A DNA stretch of 64,000 nt. It comes from Bacteroides sp. CAG:545. Its GTDB lineage: Bacteria; Bacteroidota; Bacteroidia; Bacteroidales; UBA932. The notes under the pieces were generated by a model, which worked only from the letters and a program-made list of their open reading frames with translations, searched no databases and had not been told where the DNA came from. Of this stretch, positions 9,233-18,584 are shown in pieces (position 1 is the stretch's first letter; the number at the start of each line of letters is the position of its first letter). A program made the translations under genes and the position numbers. The stretch is from assembly GCA_000432515.1 (NCBI GenBank), contig HF996057.1, forward strand, positions 2,905 to 66,904, written 5' to 3'.

Positions 9233-9733
9233 ATGCTACGTGAAAATCTTGTTGTTCGAAAATCCGTGCCAGAGGACATTGACCGTCTGAAAGACATTTT
9301 CGCTCACGCCAGGCTTTTCATGGAAAGCACCGGCAATCCCGACCAGTGGGGAGACGGCTACCCGAGCGAAGAGCTCATTTTGGATGATATCAGCAGTGGT
9401 GACAGCTACGTCTGCGTCTCGGAAGGACGTGTTGTCGCCACTTTCGTCCTGCGCGGCGGTGAAGACCCGACCTATGCGCAAATATATGAAGGCCAATGGC
9501 TTGACTCCGCACCATACGCCACCATCCACCGGATTGCCTCTTCCGGAGAGGTGAAGCACATCTTCCACGCCGTGGTTCACTTTGCATTGACCCGCTACGA
9601 CAGCATCCGTATCGACACCCACAGCGCGAACAAAGTCATGCAGGCGGCCATCCTCAAGGAAGGATTCCGCTACTGTGGCGTCATCCGCTGCTGGAACGGT
9701 ACGGAACGTCTTGCCTATCAGTATGTTAAGTGA
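9233..9733 (+). CDS. GNAT family N-acetyltransferase
   Basis: 166 aa in the typical GNAT size range. Assigned by overall resemblance. Confidence 0.55.
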   Translation: MLRENLVVRKSVPEDIDRLKDIFAHARLFMESTGNPDQWGDGYPSEELILDDISSGDSYVCVSEGRVVATFVLRGGEDPTYAQIYEGQWLDSAPYATIHRIASSGEVKHIFHAVVHFALTRYDSIRIDTHSANKVMQAAILKEGFRYCGVIRCWNGTERLAYQYVK

Positions 9734-12483
9734 TTGTGGATTGTCCTGAACATGTCCGGGATGATCAGAATCGGTGACGTGAAGAGAAGGATGATTCCCC
9801 AATCCTGGAGAGACAGAGCTTCAACATTGAAAGCTGGGCCGCAAAAATTCACGATAATGAACTGGCCGGCGAGAATTACGAAAGCGATGATGACAAATCC
9901 GCGTCCTATGGCTTTCTTTCCTTCCTTCGGGTTCTTGAACAGCATGACAAGGTCGCCCAGCAGACTTCTGCCAGTCCTGAAGAACCTTGCATTGAACAGA
10001 TTCCAGAACTGCAGCACAACGAAAATTGAGAAGAAGATGCCTTTCTCGTAAGTGGTCAGGACATTGTCCGCAGTGTGGCCGGACAGGAATTCCGTAAAGA
10101 ATGACTTCATTGCTTCTTTAGTGAAAAGGCCGTTCATGCTGGTAATGTCCAGATGCCAGAGAACCTGCCACAGAAGAGCCAGGTATATGAAGAAGCAGAT
10201 GCTCACGGAGAATATCGACTTGGCCATCTTTCTGTCGATTATATGGCTCTTTGGACTACGTGGCTTCTCGTTCATCACTTTAGGATCGGCAGGCAACGAA
10301 GACAGAGCCATGGCCGCGAATGTATCCATAATCAGATTCACCCAAAGCATCTGTGTGACTGTCAGCGGGGATTCCATTCCGATGAATGAACCCAAAAGCA
10401 CCACAAGGCAGGCACATACGTTGATTGTCATCTGGAAGAGAATGAACCTCTTGATATTCAGATAGATGGAACGTCCCCAGAGGATGCCCGTATTGATGCT
10501 TGAGAACGAATTGTCGATTATGGTGATGTCGCTTGCCTCTTTCGCCCTTGCCGTGCCGTCTCCCATTGACAAACCGACCTGAGCCTTTTTGAGTGCAGGA
10601 GCGTCATTGGTCCCGTCTCCGGTTACAGCTACCACTTCGCCCATCCTTTGCAGCAGGGTGACAAGTCTGGCTTTGTCTTCCGGCTTGGCTCTGGACAATA
10701 TCTTAAGGCGCGGAATGATCTTCATGGCCTGTTCATCCGACATCTCCTCAAAGGATTGGCCGCTCAATGTCAGGTCCTCTCCACCATCATTGATGATGCC
10801 CAATTCACGTCCTATCTCATTGGCCGTCACTGCCACGTCGCCGGTAACCATTATCACCCGAACACCTGCTTTCCCTTGACACATATCTATGGCGTCTTTT
10901 ACATCAGGACGAACAGGATCGGCTATCCCGACCATTCCGACGAATGTGAGATCGCCTTCATTTCCGTCAGGGTCAATGTATTGTGCGGCAAATGCGAGCG
11001 TTCTCATCGCTTTGCTTTGCCACCCGTTCAGCGTGTCCTTGATATTTTCGGCAGTTGCACTCTCAGGGAAAGCGGTGCATCGGGAAATGATTATCTCAGG
11101 TGCTCCTTTCAGCAGCCGGATCTTTCCGCCCTTCACGTCAGGATTCTCAATGAGCGTCTCCATGCTTTTCGTCAATGAAGAGAAACTCTTCCTGTCCAGT
11201 ATGGTGCAATCTTCTCTAATCTGAAGATAATCAATGCCTTTCTCTTCTTTTAACCACATCAGCAGTGCTCCTTCAGTCGGATTGCCGATAGCCTTGACAT
11301 TGCCATCTTCATCCTCGGACAGGCCGGCTGTAGCGTTTATAGCAATGCTCCTGCTGATAATGTCATCGTTTCCGAAGAACTGTGATTGAAGGACTTTCAT
11401 CTTGTTTTCCGTGAGAGTGCCGGTCTTGTCAGTACAGATGACCGTGGTCGCTCCCATTGTTTCGCATGCGTGCAGTTTCCGGACAAGATTCTTCTCCTTG
11501 AGCATCTTCTTCATGCTCAGCGCAAGACTGATGGTAATGCTCATCGGAAGTCCTTCAGGAACAGCCACTACAATCAGGGTCACAGCTATCATTATCGAAC
11601 TCAGCACGTATTCCAGAATCTGGACTATGTCAGTGTTGTTGTCAATGTTCCCGTCCAGGAAGAAATAATAGAAAAGTCTCCCCACTACTATAAGGCCGGC
11701 AATGATGTAGCTTACCTTAGTAATCATATCGCCCAGATTGTCAAGCTGTTGCGAAAGGGGAGTGGTGACTTCCTGTTCTTCCTGAATCAGTTTTGCGCCC
11801 TTTCCTTCCTCCGTGTCAGTTCCGACAGCAGTCACGCGACAAACACACAGCCCCTCGATAATCGTGGAACCGCGCAGGACCATGTTCGCCGGGAAAGTAG
11901 TATCTTGTTTGCCTTCAGGTACAGTTACATATTTGTCAGCATAGAGCTCACCGGTGAATATGGATTCGTCCACCTTCAGGGAGGCTGCTTCGAGGACAAT
12001 GGCATCCGCAGGCACCTCATCTCCGCTTTCTAGCTGGACAATATCCCCGACACAGACATCGCATTTGCGTATTTCGTAGAACTGTGTCTGTCTGCCGTTG
12101 CTGGACTTTCGGATTACCTTGACCGGTCTTTCATCCTTGACCTTGTTCAGCACTTCAAACTCTTTCTCGGCGCGTACCTCAAATATGAAACCGATACCGG
12201 TAGCAAGCAGAATCGCCACAAGTATCCCGGCGGGCTCTATCAGGGATGATGCCGGTTTTCCAAGCCAATACACCTCATATACGGATACGATTACCGAAAA
12301 GACCAATACTACGAGCAGAATGATTATGATCGGGTCCCTGAACTTGTCCAGGAACTTCTTCCACAGAGATTCTTTTTCCGCTTCGGGTATAATGTTCTTT
12401 CCGGCTCCGTTCACCACTTCCGGAGAGCCTTGCGCAAGGCAGCTTGATAAGTATGATTTGTTCATCTTTGGGGTGATTGTCAT
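9718..12483 (-). CDS. Calcium-translocating P-type ATPase (PMCA/SERCA-type cation pump)
   Basis: 921 aa with the phosphorylation motif CTDKTGTLTENKM, the hinge motif VTGDGTNDAPALKKAQVGLSMG and 10 predicted transmembrane segments. Confidence 0.9.
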   Translation of the reverse strand: MTITPKMNKSYLSSCLAQGSPEVVNGAGKNIIPEAEKESLWKKFLDKFRDPIIIILLVVLVFSVIVSVYEVYWLGKPASSLIEPAGILVAILLATGIGFIFEVRAEKEFEVLNKVKDERPVKVIRKSSNGRQTQFYEIRKCDVCVGDIVQLESGDEVPADAIVLEAASLKVDESIFTGELYADKYVTVPEGKQDTTFPANMVLRGSTIIEGLCVCRVTAVGTDTEEGKGAKLIQEEQEVTTPLSQQLDNLGDMITKVSYIIAGLIVVGRLFYYFFLDGNIDNNTDIVQILEYVLSSIMIAVTLIVVAVPEGLPMSITISLALSMKKMLKEKNLVRKLHACETMGATTVICTDKTGTLTENKMKVLQSQFFGNDDIISRSIAINATAGLSEDEDGNVKAIGNPTEGALLMWLKEEKGIDYLQIREDCTILDRKSFSSLTKSMETLIENPDVKGGKIRLLKGAPEIIISRCTAFPESATAENIKDTLNGWQSKAMRTLAFAAQYIDPDGNEGDLTFVGMVGIADPVRPDVKDAIDMCQGKAGVRVIMVTGDVAVTANEIGRELGIINDGGEDLTLSGQSFEEMSDEQAMKIIPRLKILSRAKPEDKARLVTLLQRMGEVVAVTGDGTNDAPALKKAQVGLSMGDGTARAKEASDITIIDNSFSSINTGILWGRSIYLNIKRFILFQMTINVCACLVVLLGSFIGMESPLTVTQMLWVNLIMDTFAAMALSSLPADPKVMNEKPRSPKSHIIDRKMAKSIFSVSICFFIYLALLWQVLWHLDITSMNGLFTKEAMKSFFTEFLSGHTADNVLTTYEKGIFFSIFVVLQFWNLFNARFFRTGRSLLGDLVMLFKNPKEGKKAIGRGFVIIAFVILAGQFIIVNFCGPAFNVEALSLQDWGIILLFTSPILIIPDMFRTIHNHLTY

Positions 12484-12641
12484 GGCAAAGGTATTGAATT
12501 ATTTATAAGACGGAAACGCTCGTTCAGATCTTCAAGAAATCTCATTTCATCGTCTTCAATGATGGAATCAGCTTCTATCAGGTCTGACAATATCCGTGCG
12601 AAAGCAATTCGTTGAAGTCTATCTTTCAGGAGCATTTTAAA

Positions 12642-13082
12642 TCAAAATCCGATGAATTGTGAGATGGCTTGGGTGATGTCATTGTAAGTCGCCTCGAAAT
12701 CGCCAGTGTACCAGGGATCTGCCACGTCACGTGCATTGCCTGTGAGTGACATCAGCAGGGATACGTTGGCGTTTTTCCCGGGGAACATGCGTTCCAGATT
12801 ACGCAGGTTGTTCCTGTCCATGACGAAAATATGGTCAAAGCAGGAATAGTCTTCCGCCGTTATTCTGCGTGCGGCCCTGCGTTCGAACGGAATTCCGTGC
12901 AGAGTCAATGTCCTTTTGGCCGGCGGATAGATGTCGTTGCCGATTTCCTCCATCGATGTGGCTGCGGATGCTATTTCAAATTCATTTTCTTTCCCGGCAT
13001 CCCTGACCATCTTCTTCATTATAAACTCAGCCATCGGACTTCTGCATATGTTTCCGTGGCACACAAAAAGCACTTTTGTCAT
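12642..13082 (-). CDS. Low-molecular-weight protein-tyrosine phosphatase
   Basis: 146 aa with the P-loop VCHGNICRSP (CX5R) near the N-terminus. Confidence 0.85.
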   Translation of the reverse strand: MTKVLFVCHGNICRSPMAEFIMKKMVRDAGKENEFEIASAATSMEEIGNDIYPPAKRTLTLHGIPFERRAARRITAEDYSCFDHIFVMDRNNLRNLERMFPGKNANVSLLMSLTGNARDVADPWYTGDFEATYNDITQAISQFIGF

Positions 13083-13147
13083 TTCCTCATAATTTCTGCT
13101 GTAAAATTACAGAAAAAATAGCAGATTGCGAAAGTTCCAATTCACCG

Positions 13148-13783
13148 TTACATACAATGGAAGTAAAGCCTGACGGTATCGAAGCGCCGAGCTGCCAGGT
13201 CCTCTTTGCGGATGAGGAAATTCAGCATTCCGCAGTCGTAGAAGCGCAGGTTCCATCTTTCGTCCTCGTCTATCTGGAGAAGGGAGATGTACTCAGGGGC
13301 CGCCTCGTGGATTTCCTCGAAAAACGGCATGCCGAGAAGCTTGTGACCATAGTCGAAATCAGCAGTTGTCTTGAAACAGATCGCTTCGTCGCATAGACAA
13401 GCCGCCTCGCCGTCTTCATTGAGAATAATATGAGTGTTGAAGTTCTTATCCTCAGACGTATAGATAACCTTGAACGCCTCCTGCGGCCAGAAACCCAATC
13501 CCTCGGCTGGCGCTTCCATGTCGCCCAGGAAATAATCGAGGTCGGCGAAGAAATACAGCATTCCCTTATGCGGGAGAAGGTTTTCCTCGTCATATCCGGC
13601 GATCTCGTCCAGCTTTATCTGACAGATGAACGTCATCAGCAGCTCGCCTTCGCCATCGTAGTCATCGTCATTGTCCTGCAGAAGCGGAAACTCCACCCCG
13701 TCCGGCAGGTCGGGAAATCCCCACCAATGGCTCTTTCCCTGGAGAGAACCTTCTGTCAATGAAGTAGTTATCTTTATTGCCAT
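13148..13783 (-). CDS. DUF1963 (YwqG-like) family protein
   Basis: 211 aa. The acidic, aromatic-rich sequence resembles YwqG/DUF1963 proteins. Assigned by resemblance only. Confidence 0.45.
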   Translation of the reverse strand: MAIKITTSLTEGSLQGKSHWWGFPDLPDGVEFPLLQDNDDDYDGEGELLMTFICQIKLDEIAGYDEENLLPHKGMLYFFADLDYFLGDMEAPAEGLGFWPQEAFKVIYTSEDKNFNTHIILNEDGEAACLCDEAICFKTTADFDYGHKLLGMPFFEEIHEAAPEYISLLQIDEDERWNLRFYDCGMLNFLIRKEDLAARRFDTVRLYFHCM

Positions 13784-13861
13784 AACTGTCTGTCAATCTG
13801 TGTTTTTGTAAAGTTAACAAATATATTATCTTTGCCGACGGAAAATATAATTTTCAATGTT

Positions 13862-15322
13862 ATGAATAAAGCAAGATTGACAGTACTTCTTTTCACCCTA
13901 ACGGCCTCAGTGGCTGTTTCAGCACAGAACTTCCAATCCAGGCGACCTGCAGAAGGGGAGCGGCTGTTCACATCAGAGAAAATCGAAAGCGTGATAGACA
14001 ATGTCACGGCGCAGCTTACGAATCCGAAACTCGCGTGGATGTTCCGCAACTGTTTCCCTAATACGCTTGACACTACCGTGCACTTCCGCGAAGACAGTGA
14101 CGGCAACCCGGACACCTTCGTATATACTGGAGATATTCATGCGATGTGGCTGCGGGATTCCGGAGCACAGGTCTGGCCGTACGTCCGTTATGCGTCTGAA
14201 GATGAGCATCTTCGGGCAATGATAGCTGGTGTCATAAACAGGCACTTCCTGTCCTTCAGCATTGACCCTTATGCAAATGCATTCAATGACGGACCGACAG
14301 GAGAAGGCTGGACGACAGACGATACTGGTTCGCCAAAAGATCCGAATGTCTATGAGAGAAAGTGGGAAATCGACTCTCAATGTTATCCTATACGCCTTGC
14401 TTACGAGTACTGGAAAGTCACTGGAGATACATCAGTATTCGGCGACAAGTGGATAAAAGGTATGAAACGTGTCCTCGAGGTGATGAGAGAACAGCAGCGC
14501 AAAGACGGTCCGGGCTCTTATATATTCCTGCGAGTAACTGACCGTCAGCTCGATACCAAATGCTACCGGGGACATGGCAATCCGGTGAAACCGTGCGGCC
14601 TGATCGCCTCAGCATTTCGTCCGTCAGACGATGCCACGACATTTGAATACCTCGTTCCGTCCAATTTCTTCGCTGTTTCTTCACTCAGAAAAGCAGCCGA
14701 GATCTTCGAAAAAGTGAACAAGGACAAGAAGATGGCCAAAGAATGCCGTGCGATCGCAGATGAAGTGGCTGCAGCACTCAAGAAGGAAGCAGTCGTATAT
14801 CATCCTGAGTTCGGAAACATCTATGCATTCGAAGTGGACGGCTACGGAAACCATTTCCTGATGGATGATGCCAATGCGCCAAGCCTCCTGTCGCTTGCAT
14901 ACCTCGATCCGTCCATGGCCAATGATCCTATATATCTCAATACCAGGCGTTTCGTATGGAGTGACAGCAATCCGTATTTCTATAAGGGCACGGCAGGCGA
15001 AGGCATCAGCGGACCGCATATCGGTTTTGAGAATATCTGGCCGATGAGTATAATGATGCGCGCTTTCACCTCCACCGATGACGATGAACTTTTGGATTGC
15101 ATTCTGATGCTGATGAATACAGATGCCGGCACCGGATTCATTCACGAATCATTCTATAAGGATGACCAATACGATTTCACTCGTGAGTGGTTTGCTTGGC
15201 AGAACACGCTCTTCGGAGAACTCATCCTCAAGCTCATTGACGATAACAAACTGCCACTTCTGAACAGCATTGCACTGGATGCCGACGGGAAGGCATATTT
15301 GAAAAATTCTACTTTACGCTGA
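13862..15322 (+). CDS. Glycoside hydrolase family 125 (exo-alpha-1,6-mannosidase), secreted
   Basis: GH125 signature YTGDIHAMWLRDSGAQVWPY. The ORF track starts at 13832 with an alternative codon. The first ATG at 13862 gives signal peptide MNKARLTVLLFTLTASVAVSAQ, and a -7 box TATCTTTG sits about 28 bp upstream. Confidence 0.8.
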   Translation: MNKARLTVLLFTLTASVAVSAQNFQSRRPAEGERLFTSEKIESVIDNVTAQLTNPKLAWMFRNCFPNTLDTTVHFREDSDGNPDTFVYTGDIHAMWLRDSGAQVWPYVRYASEDEHLRAMIAGVINRHFLSFSIDPYANAFNDGPTGEGWTTDDTGSPKDPNVYERKWEIDSQCYPIRLAYEYWKVTGDTSVFGDKWIKGMKRVLEVMREQQRKDGPGSYIFLRVTDRQLDTKCYRGHGNPVKPCGLIASAFRPSDDATTFEYLVPSNFFAVSSLRKAAEIFEKVNKDKKMAKECRAIADEVAAALKKEAVVYHPEFGNIYAFEVDGYGNHFLMDDANAPSLLSLAYLDPSMANDPIYLNTRRFVWSDSNPYFYKGTAGEGISGPHIGFENIWPMSIMMRAFTSTDDDELLDCILMLMNTDAGTGFIHESFYKDDQYDFTREWFAWQNTLFGELILKLIDDNKLPLLNSIALDADGKAYLKNSTLR

Positions 15323-15350
15323 AAAAGTGCGGAAATAAAGCAGAATCTTT

Positions 15351-15358
15351 TTAACTTT
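15351..15358 (+). promoter_or_regulatory. TAnnTTTG -7 box (TAACTTTG) about 100 bp upstream of the first DUF3575 gene
   Basis: Exact consensus match in the intergenic region upstream of the pilus locus. Confidence 0.4.
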
Positions 15359-15456
15359 GGGCGAATTTGCGGGTAATTAAGTAACGTGAAAGAATTAAAC
15401 TTTCGTTAGCAAGGTATGTCTAAGGAGACGTTTGATTTAATACGCAACCAAATCCG

Positions 15457-16302
15457 TTGGTGAAAAAGGCAGGGCTATATACAGCGGTCATCATGACTGC
15501 GATACTTACAACTCATGCTCTTCAGGCTCAGTCCAATGAGTCTGTAAGTGCCGGCGTAAATGTAACTGCCACGCGCCCCAAGTCCAATTCCGACAAGATT
15601 TTAGGAATCGACCGCTGGTCTTTCCGGGTCAATGCCCTCGAACTTCTCTGTACAGTTCCCAATGTCAATGCTGAGTTCGACATTTCGTCTTCACCATATA
15701 ACAGATGGACTCTCGGACTTACTGCAAAATATAACTGGAACACCTGGCACAGCGTCCCTCCATCTCATGTATTCAATATGTTTGAGGTGCGGCCGGAATT
15801 CCGCAAGTGGTTCAGAATGAAGCCGAAAGAAGGTTCGAAAGACCCTGTTAAAGAGCGCGCGTACTTCATCGGCGGCTATGTCAGTGGCGGCACATATTCC
15901 ATAAAACCGGGAAAATACGGCATTCAAGGACCTCTTTTCAGTGTCGGAGCCCTTTTCGGATATGACTTTCCTTTATATACATACAGGCATTTTGCGATAG
16001 ACTTTGAACTCGGAGCTGCTGCAGGAGTCGGCGTGACGTCCTATACAGGATACTCAATGAACCGCAGCAGTACTGACTTTGTGGAAGCACCGGAACATTC
16101 CAAAGGATGGCACGTGTGTCCTTTCCCTGTCGTATCTGAAATCAAGGCGTGTCTGGTGTTCAGGACATTGTCCATCAAGGAGAAATATAAGAAAGTAGAT
16201 AGTCAGAAACTGATTCTCAAGCAGGAAGCTGAGGATGCCAAGCGTCTGGCTGCAGAGAAAAAGGCCGAACTGAAACGGAAGAAAAAGGAGGTGGCACAAT
16301 GA
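15457..16302 (+). CDS. DUF3575 outer-membrane beta-barrel protein (pilus-locus associated), with K/E-rich C-terminal tail
   Basis: TTG start and signal peptide MVKKAGLYTAVIMTAILTTHALQAQ. The body matches the DUF3575 pattern (VNALELLCTVPNVNAEF, EVRPEFRKWF, FELGAAAGVG). The C-terminus is KKAELKRKKKEVAQ. Confidence 0.6.
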   Translation: MVKKAGLYTAVIMTAILTTHALQAQSNESVSAGVNVTATRPKSNSDKILGIDRWSFRVNALELLCTVPNVNAEFDISSSPYNRWTLGLTAKYNWNTWHSVPPSHVFNMFEVRPEFRKWFRMKPKEGSKDPVKERAYFIGGYVSGGTYSIKPGKYGIQGPLFSVGALFGYDFPLYTYRHFAIDFELGAAAGVGVTSYTGYSMNRSSTDFVEAPEHSKGWHVCPFPVVSEIKACLVFRTLSIKEKYKKVDSQKLILKQEAEDAKRLAAEKKAELKRKKKEVAQ

Positions 16303-17357
16303 AAGTAATTGTTCCGCTGACACTTATCGGTGGTTTTGCATTGTCCTGCGTCCAGCTCGACTTGAAGACCGCAGACGATACTTCGGATGAGACGGCGATT
16401 GCCTTTTCTGTGGATTGGGGCGAAAAAGAGAACACGTCGCGTCCTGACTCGGTTTATATTGCGATGAACAAGATCTCCGACAATATCAGGTATTCATACT
16501 CGACCGATGCAGCTGGATCGTTCTTCCTTACAGATGAAGATACTACCGGAGTGCACCGGGAATATGCCGTGTATGGTAACTATGTGATGTTGGCATATTA
16601 TTGTGACAGAAGCGATTACAGTCTTTCGGGACCGCAGCGCTTCATGAAGGACAAAACCCTTTCGGTGAGAGATTTCACCGCTACAGTCAATGACCTTCCG
16701 GCAGAGGAACTGGATGATTTCCGCGGCGGCTCGAAAGTGGATTTCAATTCGGCTTACCGCTTTATCCGTACGCCGGGGCCTGTCTGGACAGCATCGCTGA
16801 AAGGAGTGGTTTCAGACACGAGAGAGAATGTCTATCGTCTCACGATGCAGCCGATGCAGCAGAAAATCACTGTGGCAGTCAAGATTACCGCTGAAGAAGA
16901 CGTCAGAATCATCTCGGTCACAGCAGAACTTTCAGGAGTCCCGGCATCGTTTGCACTTCTTACAGGAGAGGTGTCAGAGAAAGATCTCGCAAGAGTCATT
17001 TTCTCAATGTCCCGTTCGGAATATGGCTACGAGGGCACTGTGGCCGTTCCGGGACTGCTCCCGTCGGAAAACAGCAGTCTGCGCACGGGACCAGGTATAT
17101 TGAGACTGAGCGTTACTGCAGCAAGAGGAGACGAGACCAAGATACTTTACCCGGCGATTAACATAGGAGACAAAATAGTATCCGCTTCTCTGATGACGTC
17201 AGTGTCAGGTTCGGACGGAAGACGCATAGCAAAACGGGAGGCGCGACTGGAGATTGGGGATGAGTTGCGGATCGGGGCTGAAAATTTCAGCAGTGAAGGC
17301 GGGGGAGACGGCGTGGAAGCCTGGTTCGACAGCGGAGTGATAGATGTAGAAATATAA
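16299..17357 (+). CDS. Lipoprotein, candidate FimB/Mfa2-like pilus anchor
   Basis: The start overlaps the upstream stop (ATGA). Lipobox LIGGFALSC. It lies directly upstream of three fimbrillin paralogs and is about 350 aa. Confidence 0.4.
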   Translation: MKVIVPLTLIGGFALSCVQLDLKTADDTSDETAIAFSVDWGEKENTSRPDSVYIAMNKISDNIRYSYSTDAAGSFFLTDEDTTGVHREYAVYGNYVMLAYYCDRSDYSLSGPQRFMKDKTLSVRDFTATVNDLPAEELDDFRGGSKVDFNSAYRFIRTPGPVWTASLKGVVSDTRENVYRLTMQPMQQKITVAVKITAEEDVRIISVTAELSGVPASFALLTGEVSEKDLARVIFSMSRSEYGYEGTVAVPGLLPSENSSLRTGPGILRLSVTAARGDETKILYPAINIGDKIVSASLMTSVSGSDGRRIAKREARLEIGDELRIGAENFSSEGGGDGVEAWFDSGVIDVEI

Positions 17358-17378
17358 GACACATTTAGTATATAATAA

Positions 17379-18560
17379 TTGGATAAACTGTTACGCATAT
17401 CGCTTATCGCATTGATACTCACGGCTTGCCAGAATTCTTGGCAGGGAGTGAGGGACGGCGATTACGACGACTTCGGAGGGGGAGAGCCGGTTCCGGTCCT
17501 TGTCGGAGTCGGCGGCTCGGGTGTATCCTACAGCAAGGGCAGCGGAGCCGTTGACGGCATTGACGGCAAGAAATGGGCTGATGTCAATGTCTATGTCTAT
17601 GCGTTCAATCAGGACGGATCCTCATTCTCCACCACAGCAGCTTCATCAGGGAACGGATGTCTTGTGGATGCTTCTCTGGACAATGCCGGCTGGCGTTCCG
17701 GCCGCAAAGCCTATTATGACGGCTCCGACGGCTATCTCTCATGGGTGGATTCGGAGAAGGAGGCCTATTACCCTACAGGTAGGGAGATATATGATTTCTA
17801 TGCCTATTACATTGACAATCTGAATATTCCGCAGTCTTCCATAAGCCGGGGCAGGGATAAGATCTCGTTTCCGGTCACGATCGACGGCAGCATTGACCTG
17901 ATGACAGGAAAAGCTCCTCTCAGCGAAAATGTATTCAAAGGCACACTGCTCTCTGAAACCGAGAAGGCACTGGTGCGCAAATATGCATTCAGTTCATATA
18001 CGGCGAGGAGAAACATAAATCCTAAACTTGAATTCACGCACCATCTCACCCGTCTCCGTTTTGAACTTTATCCGGCATCTGACGGAGCCAACACGGTGAT
18101 GGTCAATTCCGTAGAAGTCAAATCCAGAACGCGGGGAACATTTACAGTATTGAGCAGGAAAGAGTCGGAACTCGGAGTGAATTTCTCTCCCGGCCGTAGT
18201 CCGCTCTATCTGGCAGAGGCAGACGGCAGCGCGTTGAAACAGGACACTTATCATACGGATTACAACGGAGATTTTACGGACGTTCTGTATGAAAGGCCTC
18301 ACGTCCAGGTAGGCGGTTCGCTCCTTGTTGCACCTGACACGGAATATGAAGTGAAGATCGAGATGAGAGAGGCTAAAGGTCAGTCATACAAGACGACATC
18401 ATCCTTTACCATACGCACCTCGTCCGGCTTTCAGGCAGGCAGACAATATGTGGTGAGACTGGCCATATACGGAATGATGGATGTGCGTCCGAATGTGGAA
18501 GTGGAGCCGTGGGGGACTGGAGGAAGTATAATCCTTGACGAAGAAGACAAAATTAAATAA
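17379..18560 (+). CDS. Fimbrillin family protein (type V pilus subunit), lipoprotein
   Basis: TTG start and lipobox LILTAC. It shares blocks with the next two ORFs (YAFSSYTARRNINPKLEFTHHLTRLRFELY). Confidence 0.55.
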   Translation: MDKLLRISLIALILTACQNSWQGVRDGDYDDFGGGEPVPVLVGVGGSGVSYSKGSGAVDGIDGKKWADVNVYVYAFNQDGSSFSTTAASSGNGCLVDASLDNAGWRSGRKAYYDGSDGYLSWVDSEKEAYYPTGREIYDFYAYYIDNLNIPQSSISRGRDKISFPVTIDGSIDLMTGKAPLSENVFKGTLLSETEKALVRKYAFSSYTARRNINPKLEFTHHLTRLRFELYPASDGANTVMVNSVEVKSRTRGTFTVLSRKESELGVNFSPGRSPLYLAEADGSALKQDTYHTDYNGDFTDVLYERPHVQVGGSLLVAPDTEYEVKIEMREAKGQSYKTTSSFTIRTSSGFQAGRQYVVRLAIYGMMDVRPNVEVEPWGTGGSIILDEEDKIK

Positions 18561-18584
18561 ACAACATAACTATTTTAAACACAA

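Noticed and set aside
8499-9802. Long minus-strand ORFs 8499..9185 (228 aa) and 9236..9802 (188 aa)
   Set aside because: They are antisense to the NahK-like and GNAT genes, which have clear family motifs. Their translations are low-complexity with no recognisable domains.
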